Origin: an uncultured Candidatus Saccharibacteria bacterium
GTDB lineage: Bacteria > Patescibacteriota > Andersenbacteria > UBA10190
NCBI GenBank assembly: GCA_964374055.1
Contig: CAYJWZ010000002.1
Coordinates: 1-36,380 of the forward strand
Length of the DNA stretch: 36,380 nt
Reading direction: 5' to 3'
Positions 7,176-15,135 of the stretch are shown here, in pieces. The notes beneath the pieces are model-generated. The model saw nothing but the letters and a program-made list of their open reading frames with translations, had not been told where the DNA came from and ran no database searches. Both the position numbers and the translations under genes were made by a program. The stretch's first letter is position 1; every line of letters begins with the position of its first letter.

Positions 7176-9548
7176 ATGTGGCTACGAAGCTGGTGGTGGG
7201 TGGCGGCGGGCGTCGTGCTGCTGGGATTACTACTGGTGCAGTTTGTGCGGGTCAACGAAAAAATATTTGAACAGGTGGCGTATACGGGGCATGCGGGGGA
7301 GCTCATTGGGGCGAAGATGGTTGGACAGACCTTTGTGGCCCCGGGAAATTATTTGTCGGGGGTGGCGGTGCAATTTGGGACGTATTCAGGCCGAAATAAT
7401 ACTCGGCCGGTGCAGTTTGGTTTGCGGGAATGGGGGAGTGCGGAGGATCTGCGAATAGCTAGGGTTATGCCGGCGGAGCTGGGCGATAATCAGCCGTATC
7501 GCTTTGATTTTGATCCAATAGCTGATTCAGCGGGCACAACCTATTTCTTTTATGTAACGTCTCCCGAAAGTACGCAGGGGAATGCAGTGACAGTCGGGAT
7601 TGATAACCGAGATCCGTATCCATCTGGCACAGCGTTTATTGGAGACGCAAAAGCAGTGGCGAAGTCGGGTAAGCCAGTGACCGATCTTGCATTCGCTTTG
7701 TATCAAGCGGTCCCGGTATCTGCGGCAGCTTGGCATTGGCTTATATCGTGGTGGCATAATTTCACCTTCGATCGGGCTTGGTTGCCAGGAGTATTGGGCG
7801 CGGTGGTGGTGACGCTGGTGTGGTGTTGGGCGGATCGTATTAAAACGCGCCGGGCTACTTTGGGTACGCTTGGTGTTTTATTTATCGCGGCATTGCTCTG
7901 GCGATGGTGGTATGCGCGGGAATTGCCGCTTACTAATGATGAAGGAAACTATTTGTATGATGCGTGGACATTGTTACATGGGAAGCTGGCCGGAGGCGAT
8001 GGTTATGTAAAGGCGCCATTGTTTATTGCGTGGATTGCGCTCTGGCAGTTGGTGGCCGGGCATACGGTGCTGGCGGGCCGAATGTCGTCGGTTGTTATTA
8101 GTTCACTGACGCTGTGGCCGGTGTATGTGTTAGCGGTATCTTTGTGGAATCGCCGGACCGGTTTAGTAGCGGCTGCTTTGTGGGCAGTTACTGGTGTGGC
8201 CGTGGTGTTTGGAATTTATGTACATACCCAGCCAGTAGCTCTGTTTTTCGCGGTGGCTGGAATTGCCTTATTAGCTCACACAGTGCGGCACAATACGAGA
8301 GCATGGCGCTTCGTGGCGGCTGGTGTGTTACTTGGACTAGGCGTAGCCTCGCGTAAAAGTGTGCTGGCGGTTGGCTTGGTGCCGCTCATTATGCTGCTGA
8401 TACCTCAATTCCACCCGTCGGGTGGAATTGAGGGTTATACGCGGAAGGTAAAGCAATTGGCGTGGGTTGGGTTGGGGTTTGTTGTGGTTATCGCATTGTT
8501 TTTGCTGGCGGCGCATAGCATGTACGGGACGATGGGTGTGCGGGAAGCGATTGGTATCGGGTCGGCGGAAGATAGTATTAATACTGACCCGGCCCAAGCC
8601 GAACAAGTACGGGCGTACTCGATTCGGGGGATGACGCCATTTTTCCGGGAATCATTGCCGCTTATTTTGTTATCGCTGATTGGTTTGGGTGTGGCTGGTG
8701 AACGTTGGGCGCGGCGCTGGGTGCAACCGGTGGTCGCAAAACTTGCTTGGCTGTTACCAGCCGCTATCTTCTACTGGGCGTGGTGGTTTTTCTTTGAGTA
8801 TGAAGGCGCGGTTTTTCATCGGTTTGGAATTCTCGAATTATGGTATATATTTCCAGCGGTTTTGTTGCTGCTTGCGGTATGGCCCTTCGACCCGCCTATG
8901 CCAAGGCTACGGCGGGCAGGCTCACTTCTAGGAACGTATGTGGTGGTTCCGCTGTGGGTTTTTGGCTTGGTAATTTTTTACACTAACTGGATTAAATTTC
9001 ACGCCAATTACATTGCCGAATTTATTCCGCCGCTGGTAGTGTTGTCGGCCTATGGGGCGGTTGCACTGCGTGATCGTTTGCCACGGTATCTATGTGAAGC
9101 AGTTTGGCTGGTCGTGATAGGGGCGATCGTCGTAACGGGGTATGTGACGTTTGTTTTTGAGCATACCGGAACGTTTCAACAGGAGGCGGTGGCGGAGGCA
9201 GCCGCCTGGGCTAAAGAAAATATTCCAGCTGACCAGGCTATTTTCACCGGGGCGGCAGTTGTACCGTACGTTTCCGGTCAGCATGTGGCACTCGACATTG
9301 CCCATCCCCGCTGGTATGCCTATGAATTTACCCGGAAAGACCCAGTGCGTTTAAACACGTTCTTACCATCAGCTGAAAAAATGCTTGAAGCCTTTCGTAA
9401 AAGCGAATGGGTGCTGATGGAGCAGCAAACTGGCTTTTCCTTCTTAATGGAATACAGCGAAATTGAAAAATCCATTAATGAAGATTTTCAAGCGGTGCAT
9501 GTGGTAGAGAACGGCTCGAACACACTGACGTTCTATCGGCGTCAATAG
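7176..9548 (+). CDS. GT-C fold glycosyltransferase (PMT/ArnT, PMT_2-like) with an N-terminal extracytoplasmic module
   Basis: ORF 7119..9548. ATG 7176 follows the upstream TAA (7172-7174) and gives the anchor MWLRSWWWVAAGVVLLGLLLV. A soluble module of about 110 aa (7320..7646) comes next, then many TM helices with the first-loop motif LTNDEGNYLYDAW. Confidence 0.75.
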   Translation: MWLRSWWWVAAGVVLLGLLLVQFVRVNEKIFEQVAYTGHAGELIGAKMVGQTFVAPGNYLSGVAVQFGTYSGRNNTRPVQFGLREWGSAEDLRIARVMPAELGDNQPYRFDFDPIADSAGTTYFFYVTSPESTQGNAVTVGIDNRDPYPSGTAFIGDAKAVAKSGKPVTDLAFALYQAVPVSAAAWHWLISWWHNFTFDRAWLPGVLGAVVVTLVWCWADRIKTRRATLGTLGVLFIAALLWRWWYARELPLTNDEGNYLYDAWTLLHGKLAGGDGYVKAPLFIAWIALWQLVAGHTVLAGRMSSVVISSLTLWPVYVLAVSLWNRRTGLVAAALWAVTGVAVVFGIYVHTQPVALFFAVAGIALLAHTVRHNTRAWRFVAAGVLLGLGVASRKSVLAVGLVPLIMLLIPQFHPSGGIEGYTRKVKQLAWVGLGFVVVIALFLLAAHSMYGTMGVREAIGIGSAEDSINTDPAQAEQVRAYSIRGMTPFFRESLPLILLSLIGLGVAGERWARRWVQPVVAKLAWLLPAAIFYWAWWFFFEYEGAVFHRFGILELWYIFPAVLLLLAVWPFDPPMPRLRRAGSLLGTYVVVPLWVFGLVIFYTNWIKFHANYIAEFIPPLVVLSAYGAVALRDRLPRYLCEAVWLVVIGAIVVTGYVTFVFEHTGTFQQEAVAEAAAWAKENIPADQAIFTGAAVVPYVSGQHVALDIAHPRWYAYEFTRKDPVRLNTFLPSAEKMLEAFRKSEWVLMEQQTGFSFLMEYSEIEKSINEDFQAVHVVENGSNTLTFYRRQ
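8403..8433. repeat. P3 hairpin: perfect 14-bp stem with 3-nt loop, in frame inside a CDS (encodes PQFHPSGGIEG)
   Basis: cctcaattccaccc-gtc-gggtggaattgagg read directly. It shares the core ATTCCACCC-N3-GGGTGGAAT with the hairpin at 35720..35750. Confidence 0.9.
8891..8916. repeat. P4 repeat: CCGCC-N14-GGCGG inverted repeat inside a CDS
   Basis: cccgcc-tatgccaaggctac-ggcggg. It has the same architecture as 19145..19170, with 9/14 loop identity. Confidence 0.6.
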
Positions 9549-9550
9549 GT

Positions 9551-10321
9551 TTACTTTATAAACCGGGCAAACTTACTACCTTTAAAGGAAACAGACTTCC
9601 AGCCAGTTTGAGCAGCGATCTTACGCATTGCTTGTTTACTATAAATGCTGACGTGGGTTTTTGGGTCTCTTAAGTAAAACCATTTATCCTGGTGGCGCTG
9701 ATATTCGGGGTCTTCCAGCCGATGTGTCTGGGCTAGTAGCAAGCCGCCTGGTTTCAAAATTCGGTTCAGTTCCTTAAATATTTCCAGGGGATTGGTGATG
9801 TGCTCGAATGTTTCAATGGCCATTATGCCGTCGAAATAGTCTGGGGGTAGCTTTGTTTCCATGAGGGAAGTGCGAATAATGGCCGGGTGACGTATAGGGC
9901 TGTAGGGATCTAGGCCATAAATATCTAACTGGTCCCGTTTTCTCAATTCCAGTAATGAAGTGCCATGGCCGCAGCCAAAATCGAGTAAGCGGCCAGTGCG
10001 CCGTAGAACGCCGGTATGTGTCAGACTGGTATAGCCCGGGATACGCTTGCACAGTTGGTGAATAGTGCGGGCATGCCAACGCAACGGTGAGTACATGAGT
10101 TCAAGTATTTCCCACCCAATTTTATACATGTACTCTCTCTGGCCGGCCGGCCAGAGATTGTCACGGGCCTCATCATTAATTGCCGTTTGGTCATTATTGG
10201 GGTGTTCTTCCCAATAAAAGTTCTGTAAAAATTGGCAGGTGGAGCACAGGAAGAACGTAACCCCGTTGATAGTGTGGCGGGGCTGAACTTGGCTGCCGCA
10301 GATTTTGCAGGTGGGATTCAC
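9551..10321 (-). CDS. class I SAM-dependent methyltransferase with an N-terminal CxxC...CxxC zinc ribbon
   Basis: GTG start. MNPTCKICGS...FLCSTCQF, SAM motif I LLDFGCGHGTSLLEL, and the post-I region AIETFEHITNP...LKPGGLLL. Confidence 0.8.
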   Translation of the reverse strand: MNPTCKICGSQVQPRHTINGVTFFLCSTCQFLQNFYWEEHPNNDQTAINDEARDNLWPAGQREYMYKIGWEILELMYSPLRWHARTIHQLCKRIPGYTSLTHTGVLRRTGRLLDFGCGHGTSLLELRKRDQLDIYGLDPYSPIRHPAIIRTSLMETKLPPDYFDGIMAIETFEHITNPLEIFKELNRILKPGGLLLAQTHRLEDPEYQRHQDKWFYLRDPKTHVSIYSKQAMRKIAAQTGWKSVSFKGSKFARFIK

Positions 10322-10327
10322 TGTGTA

Positions 10328-10333
10328 AGTATA
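10328..10333 (-). promoter_or_regulatory. -10-like hexamer TATACT (minus strand), 6 nt upstream of GTG start 10321
   Basis: Plus strand agtata at 10328-10333, spacer 10322-10327. It lies in a 33-nt divergent gap containing TAAGTATATAAG. Confidence 0.3.
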
Positions 10334-10354
10334 TAAGTATCGTACGGTTAGTCT

Positions 10355-12262
10355 ATGCGCTATCAGCTCTTATGGTTAGTCAGTCTGATCGGGCTCTTGG
10401 CCTTGGTCGTTCGGCTATTTGGTCTGGGATCATTTATGACGGCTGATGAGCCGAATTGGATGGTTCGTAGTAGTCAGTATTATCACAATTTCCGGAAGGG
10501 AGACACGGGCGGGACGTTTATGACCACCCACCCCGGCGCAACTGCCATGTGGCTGATCGGGGCTGGGGAAACAATCCAGGAAGCGCGGCTAGGTTTTAAT
10601 GTTGATACATCGAACTTACATTTTTTTCGCTTAGCGGCCACTTTACCGATTGCTTTAGTAACTGCTGCCTTGCTGGGACTGGCAACATGGTTTATTGCCC
10701 GATTATTTGGTTTTTGGCCGGCGCTGGTCAGTGGCGGCCTGTTAGCGCTCGATCCGTACCTGACTGGCATGAGCCAGGTAGCGCATCTGGATGCTTTGTT
10801 GGCGCTTTGCATGACGGCCTCGCTGCTGGCATTTTTGTTGTACCTCAAGCAACAGCGCATGTCGTATGCTGCGCTGGCGGGAATTTTTGCAGGGCTGGCT
10901 TTAGGAACAAAATTGCTGCCGGCACTGTGGTTGTTTGTTTTTTTTATGGTGGTGCTTGGATTGCATTTCCGGTATGCCTGGCGTGAGGTAGTGCGTAGTA
11001 TTTGTTTTGTCAGCGGCATAGCTGTATTGACTTTTTACATAGTGTGGCCGGCACTGTGGTTTACCACTGATTTAGATCGAACGTTTAAGCGTGATGTGCC
11101 AGCGGTTATCACGCAGGAACACGTAGCCTTGGAAGAATCAGATGAGCCAATTGCGCCGGTGACTTTTTACATCCGGACGTTGCTCGGGCGAGTGCCGCCG
11201 TTTGTATTGATTTTAAGCGTCGGGGCAGTGGTGGCGATGGGGATGGTGTGGTGGCGCTTTAAGAGGTTACCGACTGTTGGCTGGTTATTATTGTACGGAG
11301 CTGGTTATTTGTTGTTGGTGACAATGGCCGCAAAAAAGGCTGATCGCTACGCCTTGCCGGCCCTGGTTATACTGCCGGTGCTAGCTGGATGGGTAGGAGC
11401 GTTGATCTTAGCTCGTCTTAGGCCGGGCTGGCGGGTGACCATCACTGCGGTGATTACAATTGCACTCTTCGGGCAATTGTTGCCATGGGTGCCCTATACA
11501 CTTGCCTATAACAGCCCTTTTTTTGATGTCCGGCCGTTACCGCAGCAGGGGTGGGGTGAAGGGTTAGATGCCGCGGCGGCATGGTTAAATGCGCACCCGT
11601 TGGGTGATCGGTTGACAATTGCTTCGTGGTATCCGGCGGTCACTGGAACCTATTTTAATGGGAAAACGATGAGTTTAAGCTCGCGACGGGACCCGCGAGT
11701 GGGATACGTGGTGCTGTATCGGAACATGGAAGGCCGGGCGCGGGACACGATTGCCAGTGATGTGTTGGATGAATTTAAGAACAAAGAGCCAGTATCCATC
11801 GTGGACATTATGGGGAAGCCGTACGTGTGGATCTACGAAACGTTGGGTACGAACTATTTTCCCAAGCGCGCCCACGAGATTATTGGTACTGATGAAGTGG
11901 GCCAAACTATTCCCGCTGCACCGGCCCGCTGGAGCAGTCTTGAACTTGGCATGGCAAATTATAGCGGCCGAGCAAATACGCACGATGTTTTGTTGACAGT
12001 ACGAGAGCGGCCGGGTGGGCTGGTACTTCGACAGGTGACTACTAATGCAAGAAACATTGAAGATAGCTGGCACCGTTTTAATTTCGAACCGATTACGGAC
12101 TCGGAGGGTAAATCATATTACGTGGCACTCACCAGCCCGACTTCAGTGCCGGGCAATGCGGTGACGGTTCGCTATATTGATAAAGATATTTTGCCGGGAG
12201 ATATGTACCAGAACGGCGATCTCAAACAAGGCTGGGATATTGCCTATCGGTTGACAAAATGA
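10355..12262 (+). CDS. GT-C fold glycosyltransferase (PMT_2/ArnT-like), paralog group 1, with a C-terminal module
   Basis: LFGLGSFMTADEPNWMVRS, HPGATAMWL, KKADRYALP, PFF...QGWGEGLDAAAAWLN, YVVLYRNM and YVWIYE are shared with 15120..16544(-) and 19976..21928. The C-terminal 121 aa (11897..12259) resemble the N-terminal module of the 7176 gene. Confidence 0.8.
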   Translation: MRYQLLWLVSLIGLLALVVRLFGLGSFMTADEPNWMVRSSQYYHNFRKGDTGGTFMTTHPGATAMWLIGAGETIQEARLGFNVDTSNLHFFRLAATLPIALVTAALLGLATWFIARLFGFWPALVSGGLLALDPYLTGMSQVAHLDALLALCMTASLLAFLLYLKQQRMSYAALAGIFAGLALGTKLLPALWLFVFFMVVLGLHFRYAWREVVRSICFVSGIAVLTFYIVWPALWFTTDLDRTFKRDVPAVITQEHVALEESDEPIAPVTFYIRTLLGRVPPFVLILSVGAVVAMGMVWWRFKRLPTVGWLLLYGAGYLLLVTMAAKKADRYALPALVILPVLAGWVGALILARLRPGWRVTITAVITIALFGQLLPWVPYTLAYNSPFFDVRPLPQQGWGEGLDAAAAWLNAHPLGDRLTIASWYPAVTGTYFNGKTMSLSSRRDPRVGYVVLYRNMEGRARDTIASDVLDEFKNKEPVSIVDIMGKPYVWIYETLGTNYFPKRAHEIIGTDEVGQTIPAAPARWSSLELGMANYSGRANTHDVLLTVRERPGGLVLRQVTTNARNIEDSWHRFNFEPITDSEGKSYYVALTSPTSVPGNAVTVRYIDKDILPGDMYQNGDLKQGWDIAYRLTK

Positions 12263-12345
12263 AGCATCAAGAGTATAGTTTAACCCTCGCTAACTGTAAA
12301 AAAGCGTGTGCTTTTCAGGGCGAGAGGGTTCTTTTCCCCTTCACT

Positions 12346-12353
12346 AAGGGAGG
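12346..12353 (+). promoter_or_regulatory. Shine-Dalgarno AAGGGAGG, 6 nt before ATG 12360
   Basis: Read directly. Most neighbouring genes show no comparable SD. Confidence 0.6.
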
Positions 12354-12359
12354 TTTCCG

Positions 12360-13163
12360 ATGGTTTCGGACTTACAACGACTCACCTTTGTCCAAAAAGC
12401 CCTTCGCAGCGCCGCCGAAACGGCTACTACCACAAAGCTGGTGGCGGCCAAGACCCATTGGCACTACCTGGTAGAGAACGGTGTTATCGTGGCTCCGGCA
12501 GAGGCCAAGGCAGAAGGAATTGATTTTCGCCTCTTGCAAAGTGCAAAGGGCACTAACCAACCTCCGGCGGGTCCGCCTCTTCTGATCATCCCGCTCTACG
12601 AAGAAGATCAAGCAATCTCGGTAGCGCTGTTACCCTTGATAAGTAAGCAGCGGGTAACTGCGATGTTTCGCGGAGCTTGTAACACTATCTTCATGTGGCC
12701 CACTCGTGACCAAGAATCAGAGTTTGTCCGCGGAACGACTTTGATCCATGAGGCTGGGCATGCTCACAAGGCATTCGTGGAGAAACGGCTTTTTAGGGAG
12801 TTAGTTGGACGCGGTCCCCGCCCCGAGTGGCTTCTCCGAGAAGAAGCCGAGCTCAATCTTCTGACTGCTCGTCTGTGGAAGGAAAAGGGCGGTGCGGCTT
12901 ATGGTGCGCTTCTAGAGCAGGCTGTGCAGCAGCTCGCGCCCCATCTTATTGAACCCTCTTACGCTGTTTCTCCACCACTTCCCGATTGGTTGCGTACCAT
13001 GGATCAGATCTTTGGGCCCATTCCGCCGAGCGAAGAGGGTAATCGATGGGGGCACTTCTGGATTTACGCTCACTTTGAATATCTGGAACGATCTCCATGG
13101 AGTACTTTTCACCGTGATTGCGTAGACCTGATGCGGACGATCTACGCTCATAACCAGGTTTAG
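12360..13163 (+). CDS. hypothetical protein with an HExxH motif (LIHEAGHAHK); possible zinc metallopeptidase-like ORFan
   Basis: 267-aa ORF with a strong SD and its own terminator. Codon usage differs from neighbours (AAG 8 : AAA 2; ATC, CTC and TTC favoured). The HEAGH motif is the only recognisable feature. Confidence 0.6.
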   Translation: MVSDLQRLTFVQKALRSAAETATTTKLVAAKTHWHYLVENGVIVAPAEAKAEGIDFRLLQSAKGTNQPPAGPPLLIIPLYEEDQAISVALLPLISKQRVTAMFRGACNTIFMWPTRDQESEFVRGTTLIHEAGHAHKAFVEKRLFRELVGRGPRPEWLLREEAELNLLTARLWKEKGGAAYGALLEQAVQQLAPHLIEPSYAVSPPLPDWLRTMDQIFGPIPPSEEGNRWGHFWIYAHFEYLERSPWSTFHRDCVDLMRTIYAHNQV

Positions 13164-13177
13164 GTTAGTCTTCGTGT

Positions 13178-13209
13178 CCCCGGATATTTCCATCCGGGGC
13201 TTTTTATTT
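13178..13209 (+). terminator. rho-independent terminator
   Basis: ccccggat-atttcc-atccgggg (8-bp stem) followed by ctttttattt, 15 nt after the stop of the 12360 ORF. Confidence 0.7.
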
Positions 13210-13224
13210 GTACTGTTGCTTTGT

Positions 13225-15135
13225 ATGTGTGGCATTGTTGGTATTTGGAATAAACATCCGCCCCGCCAGCTGGCGGGTGGCGGACCAGTTGACCAGGGTT
13301 TGCTGGTTCGTATGCGGGATACGATGACCTATCGAGGGCCGGATGGGGCGGGGATATATCTTGATGGGGGAGTGGGCCTAGGGCACCGGCGGTTGAAAAT
13401 CATCGATCTGACCGAAGCCGGGGCGCAGCCAATGACCCTTCGACAAGCTCAGGGTAAACCCGATGGCAGGTACACAATTGTCTTTAATGGTGAGATTTAT
13501 AATTTTCGGGAACTGAAAGAGCAGTACTTGAAATCGTGGAATTTTAGATCGACCTCGGATACAGAAGTATTACTGTATTTATTGGCCGATAAAGGGGTAG
13601 AAGCTTTATCGTTATTGCGCGGCATGTTTGCGTTTGCTTTGTGGGATACGAAAAAACAAGAGTTATTGCTGGTGCGCGATCCGTTTGGTAAGAAACCGCT
13701 CTATTATGCTGTTGTTAACGGAACAGTTTTGTTTGCTTCAGAGATTAAAGCGTTGTTGGAATATCCGGGACTGTCGAAAGAGCTCGACCGGGCAGCCGTA
13801 GCCAAATACTTTTTATATGAATATGTCCCAGCGCCGGCCACACCGTATGCGGCTATTCGCCAAGTGCCGATGGGGAGCTATGTGCGCTTTACTCAACAGG
13901 GCGAAGAGGTAAAACAGTGGTGGCAGCTTGATTTTGCGCCCAAGCAGAGTTTGTCTTTTGGAGAAGCGAAAGATCAGCTTGATTATTTATTGCAACAATC
14001 AGTTAGCCGACGCATGGTGGCGGACCTGCCTGCCGGACAGGCAGGTGTGCCGGTGGGTGTGTTTTTGAGTGGCGGATTGGATTCAACGACAATTGCTTAT
14101 TATATGCGCCGCGTCAGTACGGAGAAGCTGCATTCCTTTTCGGTTTCGTTTCAGGAGCCAACATTTGATGAGTCGTCGTATGCGAAGAGAGCAGCGGAGG
14201 CGCTCGGAACGGAGCATCATGATATTCCGTTTACGGTGGAAACTTTTCACGCGGCACTTGGCGACATTACTTCACGTTTGGATGCGCCGCTGGCTGACGC
14301 GTCACTCTTGCCAACCTATGCTGTTAGTAAATTAGCGCGGGACCATGTGACGGTGGTGCTGGATGGTGATGGTAGTGATGAATTGCTGGGGGGGTATGGG
14401 TTGTTTCAAGCGGCTGGGGTAGCTGATGCATTACGGTGGTTACCGGCTGGTGTGATAGCCGGGCTGCAGCAACTGGCGGCGGAGCTGCCGACCAGATATC
14501 ATAATTTTTCGTTTGATTTTAAAGTGAAATCTTTTTTGCGGGGTTTAGCCTATGAGCGTTGGCCGCGGAACCAGGTATGGCTAGGGTCATTTTCGCCGAC
14601 AGAGCTGACAGAGTTACTGACTCCCGAATGGCAATGTGACGTTTTGGGTGATTTGATCGAGCCGAAAGAAATGCGGCGCTTGGGCACGTTTGATGCGGTC
14701 TCGGCTTTATTGCTACGCGAGTACTTACACAATGACTTATTGGTGAAGTTGGATCGAGCAGCCATGCTGGTAGCGTTGGAAGGGCGGACGCCGTTTCTGG
14801 ATGCTGACTTGGCGCAGTTTGTAGCCCAGTTGCCGGTAGCGATGAAGCGAAATAAGTTTTTGTTGAAGCAGGTGATGCGCGATAAAATTCCAGATGCGAT
14901 TATTGATCGGCCAAAGAAAGGGTTTGGTATTCCGCTCGGCTGGTGGCTCAAAGGGCCGTTGCATGGTTGGGCACAAGAAGTTTTGAGCGAAGATAAGTTG
15001 CAACGTGGGGGAGTGATTAATCCCGCAGTTGCCCAGCGTTTACTTCAAGAACATCGAGCCGGTAAAGCCGATCATCGCAAGAAACTATGGACGCTACTGA
15101 CGTGGCAGCTGTGGGTGGATCATTTTTTGGCGTAA
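13225..15135 (+). CDS. asnB: asparagine synthase (glutamine-hydrolysing)-like amidotransferase
   Basis: ORF 13174..15135. The functional start must be ATG 13225 so that Cys is residue 2 (MCGIVGIWN, Ntn amidotransferase). Motifs: HRRL.IIDL, IVFNGEIYNF, SDTEVLL, and the PP-loop VGVFLSGGLDSTTIA. The 13174 extension overlaps the upstream terminator. Confidence 0.9.
   Translation: MCGIVGIWNKHPPRQLAGGGPVDQGLLVRMRDTMTYRGPDGAGIYLDGGVGLGHRRLKIIDLTEAGAQPMTLRQAQGKPDGRYTIVFNGEIYNFRELKEQYLKSWNFRSTSDTEVLLYLLADKGVEALSLLRGMFAFALWDTKKQELLLVRDPFGKKPLYYAVVNGTVLFASEIKALLEYPGLSKELDRAAVAKYFLYEYVPAPATPYAAIRQVPMGSYVRFTQQGEEVKQWWQLDFAPKQSLSFGEAKDQLDYLLQQSVSRRMVADLPAGQAGVPVGVFLSGGLDSTTIAYYMRRVSTEKLHSFSVSFQEPTFDESSYAKRAAEALGTEHHDIPFTVETFHAALGDITSRLDAPLADASLLPTYAVSKLARDHVTVVLDGDGSDELLGGYGLFQAAGVADALRWLPAGVIAGLQQLAAELPTRYHNFSFDFKVKSFLRGLAYERWPRNQVWLGSFSPTELTELLTPEWQCDVLGDLIEPKEMRRLGTFDAVSALLLREYLHNDLLVKLDRAAMLVALEGRTPFLDADLAQFVAQLPVAMKRNKFLLKQVMRDKIPDAIIDRPKKGFGIPLGWWLKGPLHGWAQEVLSEDKLQRGGVINPAVAQRLLQEHRAGKADHRKKLWTLLTWQLWVDHFLA
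13258..13283. repeat. P5 palindrome (centre CCGCCAGCTGGCGG) in frame in asnB
   Basis: ccgccccgccagctggcgggtggcgg read directly; it encodes PPRQLAGG. It shares CCCCGNCAGCTGGCGGG with 30846..30863. Confidence 0.75.
13434..13461 (+). repeat. P2 repeat copy (26/28 identical to 2750..2777), in frame in asnB, encodes (T)LRQAQGKP
   Basis: gacccttcgacaagctcagggtaaaccc versus gaccattcgacaggctcagggtaaaccc. Confidence 0.85.
14025..14045. repeat. P1 palindrome copy inside asnB, in frame (LPAGQAG)
   Basis: cctgcctgccggacaggcagg; codons ctg cct gcc gga cag gca ggt, immediately before the PP-loop VPVGVFLSGGLDS. Confidence 0.9.

Noticed and set aside
10483-11019. 178-aa ORF antisense to the 10355 GT-C gene. 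Similar long antisense ORFs are at 18401..18805, 27270..27737, 32847..33371, 33956..34468 and 14550..14951.
   Set aside because: Each lies opposite a gene with clear family motifs. They have Ala/Ser/Pro/Arg-rich low-complexity composition and no recognisable domains. They are typical shadow ORFs in sequence of this GC content.
7320-12259. Diversity-generating retroelement (template/variable repeat pair) as an explanation for the repeated module.
   Set aside because: The modules are similar only at protein level, with many non-adenine differences. There is no reverse transcriptase gene and no near-identical nucleotide repeat pair.
12282-12340. Nested stem-loops (aaccctc...gagggtt with inner aaaagc-gtgt-gctttt) followed by cttttcccc, as a terminator of the 10355 gene.
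   Set aside because: The outer stem has a 33-nt loop, the inner stem is A-U rich, and the T-run is short and interrupted. It is plausible but not supportable as a confident terminator call.
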